Origin: a virus
Taxonomy: Duplodnaviria > Caudoviricetes
IMG/VR virus record: IMGVR_UViG_3300026088_000014
Coordinates: 13,039 to 77,038 of that record
Length of the DNA stretch: 64,000 nt
Direction: 5' to 3' (one strand)
Program-made: the position numbers and the translations under genes
Notes under the pieces: model-generated
The model's input: the letters and a program-made list of their open reading frames with translations, nothing else
The model's database searches: none
Told to the model about the DNA's origin: nothing
Shown: in pieces, positions 35,773 through 44,634 of the stretch
Numbering within the stretch: the stretch's first letter is position 1
Layout of the letters: every line of letters begins with the position of its first letter

Positions 35773-37389
35773 ATGCCGACAATCTATCAAATCCTTAGAA
35801 TGGATGTCGCCGGCACTCCGCCAGTAATGGAGCTTGGTGGTGCGCCAAGACTGTTTACCGACCCGCAATTGGCTGCGGCTTTTGCCAAAGCTATGGCGCG
35901 CATGATAGGCGAAAAGTTGTGCGTCAAGCCGGTGGTCAACGATGAATGGCGCAACCGTGAGCACACGCGAGTCATTAACGGCGAATACCGGCAACTGCCG
36001 TGGCATGCCGCGGCGTGGTGGGCTGCGGCCTATCCGATCTGGAAGGATCACTTTCCGCATGCCGCCTTGGAGAAACCGGGCTGGATTGCCTACACCAAGA
36101 GCCCTGAGGATGGCGCAAGGGACAAGCAATCCCTGCTGCGTCCTGGCGCTTACCTGAGCAAATACTTCGAGCGCCACTTGGACAATTACGGCATCAGCAA
36201 TCGAAAGTGTGTCGAGGATTTCATGCGCATGTATGGTCCGATCGACATAAAGTTTGCCACCACCGAAGAGGAAATTTCCAAGGTTTATGATCGTGGGCCA
36301 AACACCTGCCTTGTCGGCAAGGATTGGCGCGATGACTTTCACCCGGCACGAATCTATGCCGCTGGCGATTTGTCGGTTGCCTATATGGGCGACCTCAATG
36401 TCAAGGTGTCGGCACGAACCTTGGTGTGGCAGGACAAGAAAATCCACAGTCGAGTCTATGGCGACATTGCCCGTTTGACGACGGGCTTGCAACGGCTTGG
36501 CTACATGTGGGGCGCACCGATTGGTGCCAAGCTAAAGCGCATCCAGCTGAGGCCCGCCGAATACAAGAATGGCCGGATACCGCAAGGCTGCTTTGTCGCG
36601 CCTTATATCGACAAAAAGAATCAGCAAGGCGGCGGCCACCTGGCCGTTGTCGACAAGGGCGATCATCTTGAGATCGTCATGGACAATACTCCCGGCTCGC
36701 ATCATTGCTCTTCCGCCGATGGGGTTAGCGGTAACTACGTCCCGCGCGAGGATGAATTTCCTCAGTATTTCTGTGAGAGGTGCGCAAAGAAAGGCCGCGA
36801 GGTTAATCCGGTTTTTGTCGTAGGCCCCGATAACGAAGATGGCGACGACGGCCAAACCGAGCAATGGTGTAGGCCCTGCCTCCATGCCCATGCATGGCAC
36901 TGCAATTACAGCGGCAACAACTACACGGATGAGATCAATAGGGAGCTGGTCAGCGGCGAATATTGGCACCCATATTATGCCGAAATGTATGCGGTGCGCT
37001 GTGAAGGCTCCCACAAGCTCTTCAACCAGCGGGATGTGAGACAAGTTCACTTCCACGATGGCAAAGCACAAACGCTGTCACTCGAATATATCGAGCAAAA
37101 AATTGGTCGGATCTTTCTATCCGACATGACAAACCGTTACTGGTCACTGGCGCAGAAAGCATACGTCTATTCCGGCGGTAGCTACTGCTCAGCCGCCAAA
37201 GCCGAGCTGAAGCATCACGCCTTTGAGTGTAACGGCTGTGACAGGAATTGGCTGCTGCAACTGCGCTATCAGGTCAAGGACGACAACCTTCTCTGTCCTG
37301 ACTGCTACAAGCAATTCAGACTCACAAAAGATTTGAAACTTACCGACAGAGCCCGCCAGCGGGCTCTTCCCTTAATTGCCGCCGAATAA
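35773..37389 (+). CDS. Conserved phage early protein with Cys-rich C-terminal zinc ribbons
   Basis: WIAYT...GAYLSKYF, GDLSVAY...ARTLVW...RVYGD; CERC, CRPC, CNGC and CPDC. Confidence 0.75.
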   Translation: MPTIYQILRMDVAGTPPVMELGGAPRLFTDPQLAAAFAKAMARMIGEKLCVKPVVNDEWRNREHTRVINGEYRQLPWHAAAWWAAAYPIWKDHFPHAALEKPGWIAYTKSPEDGARDKQSLLRPGAYLSKYFERHLDNYGISNRKCVEDFMRMYGPIDIKFATTEEEISKVYDRGPNTCLVGKDWRDDFHPARIYAAGDLSVAYMGDLNVKVSARTLVWQDKKIHSRVYGDIARLTTGLQRLGYMWGAPIGAKLKRIQLRPAEYKNGRIPQGCFVAPYIDKKNQQGGGHLAVVDKGDHLEIVMDNTPGSHHCSSADGVSGNYVPREDEFPQYFCERCAKKGREVNPVFVVGPDNEDGDDGQTEQWCRPCLHAHAWHCNYSGNNYTDEINRELVSGEYWHPYYAEMYAVRCEGSHKLFNQRDVRQVHFHDGKAQTLSLEYIEQKIGRIFLSDMTNRYWSLAQKAYVYSGGSYCSAAKAELKHHAFECNGCDRNWLLQLRYQVKDDNLLCPDCYKQFRLTKDLKLTDRARQRALPLIAAE

Positions 37390-37414
37390 TTCACTCAACA
37401 CAAGGAAGATCGTT

Positions 37415-38755
37415 ATGACTTCGCTCAACAACGAGACGAAGCCTGCTGATGATACAAAGCAGGAAGAGTCCCAGGCGATTATTGTTGCTCCAGAACCGCC
37501 GCCACAGATGCCAAAGCTCAAAGCCGATGCCAAGCTTTGGAATGAGGTTTCCGTGCTGGCCGACATGCTCTCGTATTGCCGGCCGCATAACTCGAAAACC
37601 GAACGCGGTTTCATCGGCAAGTATCTCACGCCGGTTGGCGTCAAGTTCGACAAGAAAGGCAACGCTCACAAGATCATTGGCGATGCCCCGGTTATCTGGT
37701 CAAGCCACACCGACACCGTTCACGACAAGAAAGGCATGCACAAAGTCGTCTATTGGGTCGACAAGGACGGCGATACTTATCTTGGCACCGACACCGGCTC
37801 CTGCCTTGGTGCCGACGATACCGCCGGCATCTGGATCATGCTGAACATGATTAAGGCGAAGATACCCGGACATTACATCTTTCACCGCGGCGAAGAGTGT
37901 GGCGGCGTTGGTTCACGCTGGATCGCCCAAGAAACCAAAGAACTGTTAAAGAGCATGCGATTTGCCATTGCTTTCGATCGCAGGGATCTCAAGTCGATCA
38001 TCACCCATCAAGGCAGCAAGAAATGTTGCTCCGATGAGTTCGCCAAGGCTTTGGCCGAGCAGATCGGCATGGGCCATGAATGTGATGCAACCGGTGCTTG
38101 GACAGACACCGCAGCATATACCGACAACATTGCAGAATGCACCAACATCTCGGTTGGTTACTTCAACGCCCACAGCAAAATGGAGAAACTCAATATCGAT
38201 TATCTGTTCAAGCTGCGTGATGCGATGTGCAAGATCGACGTAACCAAGTTCGTCGCAGTCCGCAAGCCGGGAGACAACAGCTATCGTTACTCTGGCCGCA
38301 CCGTTTGGCACAGCTATGGCTATGACGGATGGACGGATGACTTCGGAGTCGGCGGCGGATATGCTTGGCCCAAAGAAAGCAACCGGCCAGAGGGCGGCTT
38401 TACGTCTGCCGAACTCGACCGCAAGTATGGTTACAATTCCTGGTATCAATGGTTCAACTACCACGGCGTGAGTGGATACTGGGTGCCGATCAAGGGCGTC
38501 GTAGCCCCTAATCCTGACAAGTGGCGCAAGAAGCGAGACCGCAAGCGAGACCAAGGCGTCGTCAAGGGTTGGGTGCAAAAGCAGGCTGAGATGTTTGCTG
38601 GCGCAGCCGAGCTGCGTGAGATGCGAATGTTGATCGCAGACAATAACGGCATCATTGCCGACCTGCTCGACTCGCAAGGCTACGGACCACTTGAGTTGAG
38701 AGAATACATCCGTGGCTGCGGCGGAACAATCTACGACGACATTCCCGGTTACTGA
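37415..38755 (+). CDS. M20/M28-like zinc peptidase
   Basis: SHTDTVH, LGADD, FHRGEECGGVGS, AFDR and TNISVGYFNAHS. Confidence 0.85.
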   Translation: MTSLNNETKPADDTKQEESQAIIVAPEPPPQMPKLKADAKLWNEVSVLADMLSYCRPHNSKTERGFIGKYLTPVGVKFDKKGNAHKIIGDAPVIWSSHTDTVHDKKGMHKVVYWVDKDGDTYLGTDTGSCLGADDTAGIWIMLNMIKAKIPGHYIFHRGEECGGVGSRWIAQETKELLKSMRFAIAFDRRDLKSIITHQGSKKCCSDEFAKALAEQIGMGHECDATGAWTDTAAYTDNIAECTNISVGYFNAHSKMEKLNIDYLFKLRDAMCKIDVTKFVAVRKPGDNSYRYSGRTVWHSYGYDGWTDDFGVGGGYAWPKESNRPEGGFTSAELDRKYGYNSWYQWFNYHGVSGYWVPIKGVVAPNPDKWRKKRDRKRDQGVVKGWVQKQAEMFAGAAELREMRMLIADNNGIIADLLDSQGYGPLELREYIRGCGGTIYDDIPGY

Positions 38756-38844
38756 TGCTTTCCGACCTTGGGGCTGGCGCGTTGCCGGCCCTAATACGGA
38801 ACGCATTACCGCGTTTCTACCCTTGAAAGGTGGTGAGAAGCACA

Positions 38845-39210
38845 ATGAAGGGACTCGATAAGCTTGCCAAGGCCGCTGAGGATTTTTCGAACGCACTTCG
38901 CAATCTCAATGTTGACGGCAACGCCGGGGACGGCGAGTACGCCGATCACGACGTGGATGTGTTTGCAGATGACGATGACGACAACGATAATGTTGTCGCC
39001 ATTGCTCAAGCGGCCAACCGACGGCGTGACGGCATCGACGACGCCACAGAGATCACCATGAAAAGTGGTGACTTGCGGAAGGTGATTGATTCCTACCGCA
39101 AGTTCACTCGTTACGCTCGCGAAGGACGTATTCCCACGTCGGATGAGCGTTGCAAGTGGCACGAAAGCGTTCGCGCCGTGAAGCATCTGATTCGCCAGCC
39201 GAATCGCTAA
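38845..39210 (+). CDS. Hypothetical protein with acidic tract
   Basis: ORF track; DDDDDND tract. Confidence 0.55.
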   Translation: MKGLDKLAKAAEDFSNALRNLNVDGNAGDGEYADHDVDVFADDDDDNDNVVAIAQAANRRRDGIDDATEITMKSGDLRKVIDSYRKFTRYAREGRIPTSDERCKWHESVRAVKHLIRQPNR

Positions 39211-39289
39211 TACCAGTTTTACAAATAATACCCCTCGGCGTCCATCAGCGCCGAGGGGAGTATTGCGTTTAGCTGAAAGGAGAGACTCT

Positions 39290-39724
39290 ATGGGCAGAAC
39301 GCTCAAAATCAATGGCCTGAAGGTCACTGATGCTACCAAGTCGATCATCCTGCACGTCACTCAGCGGGACATCGCAAATGCCAAGAAGAAGGACCAAGCC
39401 GAATGTGCTGCCGCTGTGGCATGCCGTCGGCAACTCGGTGCGAGTGAGGTCCGCGTCCACTTGGGACGAACCTATGTTCGTTTCAATGGAGAGTGGAAGC
39501 GGTATATCACCTCTTACGCATTGCGTGACGAGCTCATTGCCTTCGATCGCGGCGGTGAATTCATGGCGGGGGACTACACCCTCGTCAAGATGCAACCATC
39601 CCGGCAATGGGAAAGAAAGTATCGCAAGAACCTGAAAAACAGGCGCGTTAGAAAGCAGCTGATTACGCGGCAACCGCGGCGGCACGTTGCCGCCAACGTG
39701 CGGCCAGTCGGCATTTATGCGTAA
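39290..39724 (+). CDS. Hypothetical protein
   Basis: RBS AAGGAG; CAAAVACRR...VHLGRTYV motif. Confidence 0.65.
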   Translation: MGRTLKINGLKVTDATKSIILHVTQRDIANAKKKDQAECAAAVACRRQLGASEVRVHLGRTYVRFNGEWKRYITSYALRDELIAFDRGGEFMAGDYTLVKMQPSRQWERKYRKNLKNRRVRKQLITRQPRRHVAANVRPVGIYA

Positions 39725-39731
39725 TACTATT

Positions 39732-39758
39732 GCGGCACGCTAATGTGCCGCGTTTGTT
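39732..39758 (+). terminator. Probable rho-independent terminator
   Basis: GCGGCAC-GCTAAT-GTGCCGC followed by GTTTGTT. Confidence 0.55.
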
Positions 39759-39766
39759 AATTTATA

Positions 39767-39843
39767 GAGCAGGTGTCCAGAATGGTTACGGATGTGTACT
39801 GCAAATCCGCAATATGTGGGTTCGACTCCCATCCTGCTCTCCA
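39767..39843 (+). tRNA. tRNA-Cys(GCA)
   Basis: Acceptor GAGCAGG/CCTGCTC, U73 discriminator, encoded CCA, loop CTGCAAA, GGGTTCGACTCCC; anticodon stem has a G-U pair and a U-C mismatch. Confidence 0.85.
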
Positions 39844-39856
39844 TGGAGGATGACGA

Positions 39857-40057
39857 ATGACAGAATGTCACCGATGCGGAAAGAAAACCCACTGCACAAT
39901 CATGTCTAAGTTTAATTTAGATATAATCTGCATGGATTGTAAACAGAAAGAGCGCAACCACCCTGATTACGACAGAGCCGATAAAGCCGAGTGTGATGCC
40001 GTCAGAAGTGGCAACTATAATTTTCCAGGTATCGGCAAACCGGGAGACCTCTCATGA
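39857..40057 (+). CDS. Small Cys-rich zinc-binding protein
   Basis: CHRC...C and CMDC; RBS GGAGG. Confidence 0.7.
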   Translation: MTECHRCGKKTHCTIMSKFNLDIICMDCKQKERNHPDYDRADKAECDAVRSGNYNFPGIGKPGDLS

Positions 40058-40521
40058 CATTAGAAGAAATCTTTAACCACGGAGTGAAAGCCGCAACGAT
40101 GCTTTTCCATAAGCAAGGCACGGTCATGCCGATGTGGATCGCCGAGACAGCCGAAGGCGACATCCTTCCAACCATAGCCAAGATGGAAACTACGGAGCAG
40201 AAGGATTCCGTAGCGAAGGAGCTCAAGAAGTTTTTCAAGGAACAGAATGTCGTTCGTTATGTCTCGATACTGGAAGCGTGGTCCATAGAACCCAAAGGGA
40301 ATGGTGGCGTTCCGCCAAGCCTGCAGCTTGGTGCCTCTCTTGCCAGTCACCCCGATCGGCGCGAGATCATTGCGATTCAAGCCGAGGAAGTAAACAAACA
40401 TGAACTGTGCGGAGTGCTGTATATCCTGCGTCCAGAATATGGCGAAGCGACGCTCTCGCCGCTCAAGAGAAGTCCTCATGACGCTCTGGCTGAGGGTCGA
40501 TTTGTTGGTTTATTGTCATAA
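40054..40521 (+). CDS. Hypothetical protein
   Basis: Coupled ATGA; YVSILEAW and HPDRRE motifs. Confidence 0.7.
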   Translation: MTLEEIFNHGVKAATMLFHKQGTVMPMWIAETAEGDILPTIAKMETTEQKDSVAKELKKFFKEQNVVRYVSILEAWSIEPKGNGGVPPSLQLGASLASHPDRREIIAIQAEEVNKHELCGVLYILRPEYGEATLSPLKRSPHDALAEGRFVGLLS

Positions 40522-41065
40522 TTGTTTCCGGCAGTAGTTTCATTCCAGAAATCTTCCTGCCAGCTTCAGCCGCACTTTCGAGTGCGGCTTTTTTTTCGTC
40601 CTCGGTCAAAGCCTTTGGCCTTTGCCTTGATAATTGTTGAGCCTTTGGATCAGTGCGATCCAGCCACGCCTTAGCCTTGGCCCTTAGGCTTTCCGACGGC
40701 TCCAGTTTTAACCAAGCGTCGGTATCCTCAATTTGCTTGGCAACCCTAGCGTCATGCTCAATCCTAGCAGCTATCCTGTCATTACAGTTGCTAAACCACT
40801 TTTCAATCTCGCCAACGCTAGGCAACCATTTAGGCGTATCATACGAGATTCCACTTAGAGATACCGCTTTACGAACTAAATCTGGTGGATGCTGCATAAA
40901 TATGCCCATGATGAGGGCGGTATAGCCTTGCTCGTCAGATGGGGTCGAGTTTGGGTATGACGCGAGCAACATCCTCGCGAACCTCTCCGCTTCCAAGCGA
41001 CTGCAGAAAATCGCTGTATCTCTCTTTGTGAGATTTTTCTCTTCCATATCCTGATCCATTGCCAT
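40463..41065 (-). CDS. Putative helicase loader/replication protein P-like (start uncertain)
   Basis: Follows the replication initiator; LLASYP...Y...KWLPSVGEI pattern. Confidence 0.5.
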   Translation of the reverse strand: MAMDQDMEEKNLTKRDTAIFCSRLEAERFARMLLASYPNSTPSDEQGYTALIMGIFMQHPPDLVRKAVSLSGISYDTPKWLPSVGEIEKWFSNCNDRIAARIEHDARVAKQIEDTDAWLKLEPSESLRAKAKAWLDRTDPKAQQLSRQRPKALTEDEKKAALESAAEAGRKISGMKLLPETIMTINQQIDPQPERHEDFS

Positions 41066-41765
41066 TTCCTTTCCAGTCTTTTTCGTTTCGACACCATTTA
41101 CGCCAAGTTCGACTCCAATCCAGTTTCAGGCCGTCCTTACCCGGCTTTGCAATCCAGTAATCCTTGAAATCCTCCATGGCCGCCGCGGCGCGGCTTTCAC
41201 CCAGCAGGCCAACCGAGTACAGACTATCCTCATTACTGGGAATCCAGTCAGATGGAAGTCTCGTCCCCCTGCTTCCATCGGAAGTCCGCTTTTTTGTTTC
41301 ACGTGGAACAAGTGGTAGCTGAGCCGAAGGCGAAGCTGCCTCTTTCTTACTTACTTCTTCTTCTTTGTAATTGTGGTTGTGGTTAGCATTGCGGTCGCAC
41401 CATCTCCGCATAGCCGCCCGCTGTGCGGACGCAATGCGGTCGCATGACCTAAGTAGCTCAGATTCCACTCTCTTGTGGTATAAATACCCCTCTCTTTCTT
41501 CAAAGAAATCAAGTAATATTTTTGAATGATATCGCCATGAATTTCCGTGTAGACCTGTGACCTGTCTGAGAAACTTGGCGTCGTTAGGAAGGGGGCCACC
41601 GCGAGCCCAATAGGCCGAAATCAGCAGCAGATAGGCCCCATGCTGCAGCGTGTTGAGGTGCCTAGTGTCTCCGAGATAGTCATGCCAGTATATTGGCATC
41701 CACAATGGGCGATTGCGTCGGTGTTGCAACGATTCGGTGGGAATGTTATTTATATTGTCAGTCAT
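40935..41765 (-). CDS. Replication initiator, YdaU/DUF1376 family
   Basis: WMPIYWHDYLGDTRHLNTLQHGAYLLLISAYW; C-terminal FKDYW...DWSRTWRKW. Confidence 0.85.
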   Translation of the reverse strand: MTDNINNIPTESLQHRRNRPLWMPIYWHDYLGDTRHLNTLQHGAYLLLISAYWARGGPLPNDAKFLRQVTGLHGNSWRYHSKILLDFFEEREGYLYHKRVESELLRSCDRIASAQRAAMRRWCDRNANHNHNYKEEEVSKKEAASPSAQLPLVPRETKKRTSDGSRGTRLPSDWIPSNEDSLYSVGLLGESRAAAAMEDFKDYWIAKPGKDGLKLDWSRTWRKWCRNEKDWKGNGNGSGYGREKSHKERYSDFLQSLGSGEVREDVARVIPKLDPI

Positions 41766-41827
41766 GGCTGACTTTCCCTTTCATCAGTTATGGCGAGTCG
41801 CCGGCTGGTAACCGACGCGATCTTAGG

Positions 41828-41860
41828 AAAGGCTCCGGACTCGTCTGCCGGAGCCTTTTT
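41828..41860. terminator. Bidirectional-looking hairpin
   Basis: AAAGGCTCCGG-ACTCGTCTG-CCGGAGCCTTTTT. Confidence 0.55.
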
Positions 41861-41869
41861 CTATGTCAA

Positions 41870-42229
41870 TCAGGTTACAAAGGAACTGATGGTCAGTCGA
41901 GCCCCAAGCGGTGCCGCATCTTTCCCGCCATAAGACACAACTAATAGACGGCAGAGGCAATCATCCTCTACTAATCCGACTCGTTGCGCCAAATCGAGCA
42001 AAACTTTCACGCGGTTGTCCACATCAATTTTTCGCTTGTTGGGTGGGTTGAGGACAATGGTGGCACTAAACTCTCCCCTAACCTGCTGATGCTTTCCGAG
42101 CTTGGCCAGCCAGCCGGCTTGGTCGATCCAGCGGACGTATTTGGGGTCGCGATAGACCACCTTGCCTTTCGATCGCCAGATGCGATTAAGCGACGGGGGC
42201 CACGGTAGATCCACAATGATCTGGCTCAT
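41870..42229 (-). CDS. rusA: RusA Holliday junction resolvase
   Basis: LPWPPSLNRIW, DVDNRVKVLLD and EDDC motifs. Confidence 0.88.
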   Translation of the reverse strand: MSQIIVDLPWPPSLNRIWRSKGKVVYRDPKYVRWIDQAGWLAKLGKHQQVRGEFSATIVLNPPNKRKIDVDNRVKVLLDLAQRVGLVEDDCLCRLLVVSYGGKDAAPLGARLTISSFVT

Positions 42230-42716
42230 GGGGGCACAATAGGCGGCTTTCCAACTCGCGTATATCGGCGACGATCTCTTGGTTGATCAGCACAAGTTCT
42301 TCGATTTTCCAGATTGCGTTCAGGACCGCTGTGTGGTCGCGGTTAAAGCGCATGCCGATGGCCGGGTAACTGAGCCTTGGGTTAGTATGCTTCCTGGCGA
42401 GATACATGGCCACGTGACGAGCCATCGTGATTCGTGCGGTCCTTTCCCGACTCATCATGTCCTCAATCAGAACCCCATAGTAATTGGATACCTCGTGGGT
42501 AATGTTTGAAAACGCTACACGTCCGTCGGGTCGATTGGGGATTTTGACGATTTCACGAATAAATACCCGGATGATGGGGTGTTCTAGTACCTCATCCTCT
42601 ACTGGTATTTGTTTAGGGTGAAGGTCGATTCCTTTGTCGGCCACAGCATTGGCTGGATACATCAATCGTTGCCGGACTTCCTTGGCGTGCTGAATCATAT
42701 CGGTGGCTAGCGTCAT
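42186..42716 (-). CDS. DnaA C-terminal (domain IV) HTH protein
   Basis: ARHVAMYLAR...SYPAIG.RFNRDHTAVLNAIWKI. Confidence 0.85.
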   Translation of the reverse strand: MTLATDMIQHAKEVRQRLMYPANAVADKGIDLHPKQIPVEDEVLEHPIIRVFIREIVKIPNRPDGRVAFSNITHEVSNYYGVLIEDMMSRERTARITMARHVAMYLARKHTNPRLSYPAIGMRFNRDHTAVLNAIWKIEELVLINQEIVADIRELESRLLCPHEPDHCGSTVAPVA

Positions 42717-42718
42717 GA

Positions 42719-43153
42719 CTACCTCCGGTGTGGGATGCAGTAGAGTTGCTTGTGACCCTCGCACCACGGTTTGTTCTCTTCCGTGGGTGCCGCGCACATG
42801 ACCGCCAAGCCCTTCGGGTCGCCGCTGAGGTCGATAACAGCCCGGCACCTGTCATGTCCTACCTCAAGGATGGATAGGCCCTTCCCGAGCCACGGCTGGG
42901 GCTCTACGGCCATGATTGGTTGCGTGGCTAATTGAGAAGGCGGCGGCGTAAAACGCAGACTTTGTGGATGTGCCGGTTTACGGCGTTGCCCTGGCGGCAA
43001 CAGGCGCGCCTTTAGTTCGAGGCGATGCACCTTGCCTAAGACAGAGCAGCGGCTTTTCTTCAAAACTGCAGAAATCTGTGAACCAGAGCGTCCGTCGCGC
43101 CACATTTCTCGCAGCGTTGCGATTTCATCGTCAGTCCAATTTGTCTTTGCCAT
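42719..43153 (-). CDS. gcrA: GcrA cell-cycle regulator homologue
   Basis: NWTDDEIATLREMWRDGRSGSQIS...SVLGKVHRL; C-terminal CR...C...WCEGH. Confidence 0.85.
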   Translation of the reverse strand: MAKTNWTDDEIATLREMWRDGRSGSQISAVLKKSRCSVLGKVHRLELKARLLPPGQRRKPAHPQSLRFTPPPSQLATQPIMAVEPQPWLGKGLSILEVGHDRCRAVIDLSGDPKGLAVMCAAPTEENKPWCEGHKQLYCIPHRR

Positions 43154-43340
43154 GTCCATCCACCCAGTCAGCAATGCTGACCCTGTTCTTGGTTGCTTTG
43201 GATATTTTCAGAATCCACTCGGCTCTTGGTTTGCGTCCATTGATCCGCCACTTGCAGACCGCCGAGTAGGATGCGCCGATTTGTGTCGCGAATTCTTGTG
43301 ACGTTATTTCCTTATCGATCAAGTATTTGTCGAATTTCAT
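43131..43340 (-). CDS. Cro-like HTH repressor
   Basis: 69 aa; ITSQEFATQIGASYSAVCKWR...P; RBS GGAG. Confidence 0.8.
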   Translation of the reverse strand: MKFDKYLIDKEITSQEFATQIGASYSAVCKWRINGRKPRAEWILKISKATKNRVSIADWVDGHGKDKLD

Positions 43341-43359
43341 AAAAATCTCCAGAAATTCC

Positions 43360-43394
43360 TTGACGGAGTTTCACGGTCGTACTATCACGATCGT
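43360..43394 (+). promoter_or_regulatory. Sigma70-like promoter TTGACG-N17-TATCAC with overlapping direct repeats TCACGRTCGT (putative operators)
   Basis: -35 at 43360-65, -10 at 43383-88; repeats at 43371-80 and 43385-94. Confidence 0.55.
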
Positions 43395-43427
43395 CGGGAG
43401 ATTACAACACGAAAGAATTCGCAGGCT

Positions 43428-43470
43428 TTCTTTTTTCTCTCTCACCTCCGGTGAGAGAGAGAAAAAAGAA
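43428..43470 (+). promoter_or_regulatory. Pyrimidine/purine long hairpin upstream of the RAMP gene
   Basis: TTCTTTTTTCTCTCTCACC-TCC-GGTGAGAGAGAGAAAAAAGAA. Confidence 0.75.
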
Positions 43471-43510
43471 CCCCGGCGATCCCGCTGGCGCTCTCTACAA
43501 GGAGATTACG

Positions 43511-44173
43511 ATGCTTGATAAAGTAAAACCGAGGGCCACGTCGGTCATTCCGACAACGAGAGTTACGATTACCCCTCCGAAACTAGGAAGAGCCAAGGTT
43601 AGAATCGTCGGCACCGCTCCATATATTCAAAATCGTTTTAGTTCTGACAACCGCGACAAGATGCTTGCGGCTCAAAAGGAGGGATCGGGAGCAAAAAGAA
43701 CTCGCAAGGCAAAGGCCCCCAAAGACTTCGAGAAGATTTTTAAGGCTTCAATGCACATTTCCCAAAAAGGCTGGATTGGTATTCCGGCCACTGCATTGCG
43801 GAACGCAATGATCGATGCTTGTCGGCTGACCGAAATGGACATGGTGCGGGCAAAGATGTGCATCAAAATCATTCCTCAAGGATTGGATACCGAAAACCTA
43901 GAGGGACTTGTTGAAATCAAAGGCACGCCAAGAATGCACATTGAGCGTGTAAAAGTTGGCATCGCGTCAACAGATTTAGCGTCGCGAGCGATGTTCGAGA
44001 AGTGGGAATCGACGTTCGAGATCGAGTGGGACGATGATGTGTTCAAGGCTCAGGATATCGTTAACCTTCTTGCCAGAGCCGGATGGCAAGTTGGCATAGG
44101 CGCTGGTCGCCCCCTCTCAAAGATGAGCGGCGGCACTGGTAAAGGCACATTTGAAGTCGATATGAAAGGATAA
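43511..44173 (+). CDS. Stand-alone Cas7/RAMP-superfamily protein (Vipr-like)
   Basis: RIVGTAPYIQNRF, IGIPATALRNAMIDAC (RAMP IP.x.s.lk motif), DLASRAMF, C-terminal G-rich loop AGWQVGIGAGRP...GTGKGTFEV; RBS AAGGAG. Confidence 0.75.
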   Translation: MLDKVKPRATSVIPTTRVTITPPKLGRAKVRIVGTAPYIQNRFSSDNRDKMLAAQKEGSGAKRTRKAKAPKDFEKIFKASMHISQKGWIGIPATALRNAMIDACRLTEMDMVRAKMCIKIIPQGLDTENLEGLVEIKGTPRMHIERVKVGIASTDLASRAMFEKWESTFEIEWDDDVFKAQDIVNLLARAGWQVGIGAGRPLSKMSGGTGKGTFEVDMKG

Positions 44174-44178
44174 GACAA

Positions 44179-44634
44179 ATGAGCATTCAAGACGAACTCC
44201 TTCTCATCAAAGGCGACAGCGAACTCCTTACCGGAGAAGAGGTTGTAAAGTGGGCACGCGCTCATCCAGACTCAGAACTCTATAACGACCCCATCTTCTG
44301 TGGCTGGGATGAAAAGAAATCGGCCTATGAACACTGGCTATGGGGCGCAAGACGTTTGATTGCGCTGCATGTCGTCTACGAGGATGGTGAGCGAAAATTT
44401 GTCTCACTGTCTGTTGACAGGGCCAGAGATGGCGGCGGCTACCGGGATATGGACGAGGTGCTCCGCAGCAAGGCCCTGCATGAAGTCATGTTGGCCGATG
44501 CGTTGCGCGAACTTGAGAGGATGGAAGCAAAGTACAATAGACTTCTACAGCTCAAGCCAGTTTGGCGGGCAGCCGCCAGAGTACGTGGAGCGCAACGGAA
44601 GGGGAAAGGAGGGGGTGCAGGAAAGGCAGCTTAG
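44179..44634 (+). CDS. Helical accessory protein co-transcribed with the RAMP gene
   Basis: LTGEEVV..AR.HPDS.L...F.WD.K.AYEH.L..AR.LI...GGYR...EVL...ALREL. Confidence 0.75.
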   Translation: MSIQDELLLIKGDSELLTGEEVVKWARAHPDSELYNDPIFCGWDEKKSAYEHWLWGARRLIALHVVYEDGERKFVSLSVDRARDGGGYRDMDEVLRSKALHEVMLADALRELERMEAKYNRLLQLKPVWRAAARVRGAQRKGKGGGAGKAA

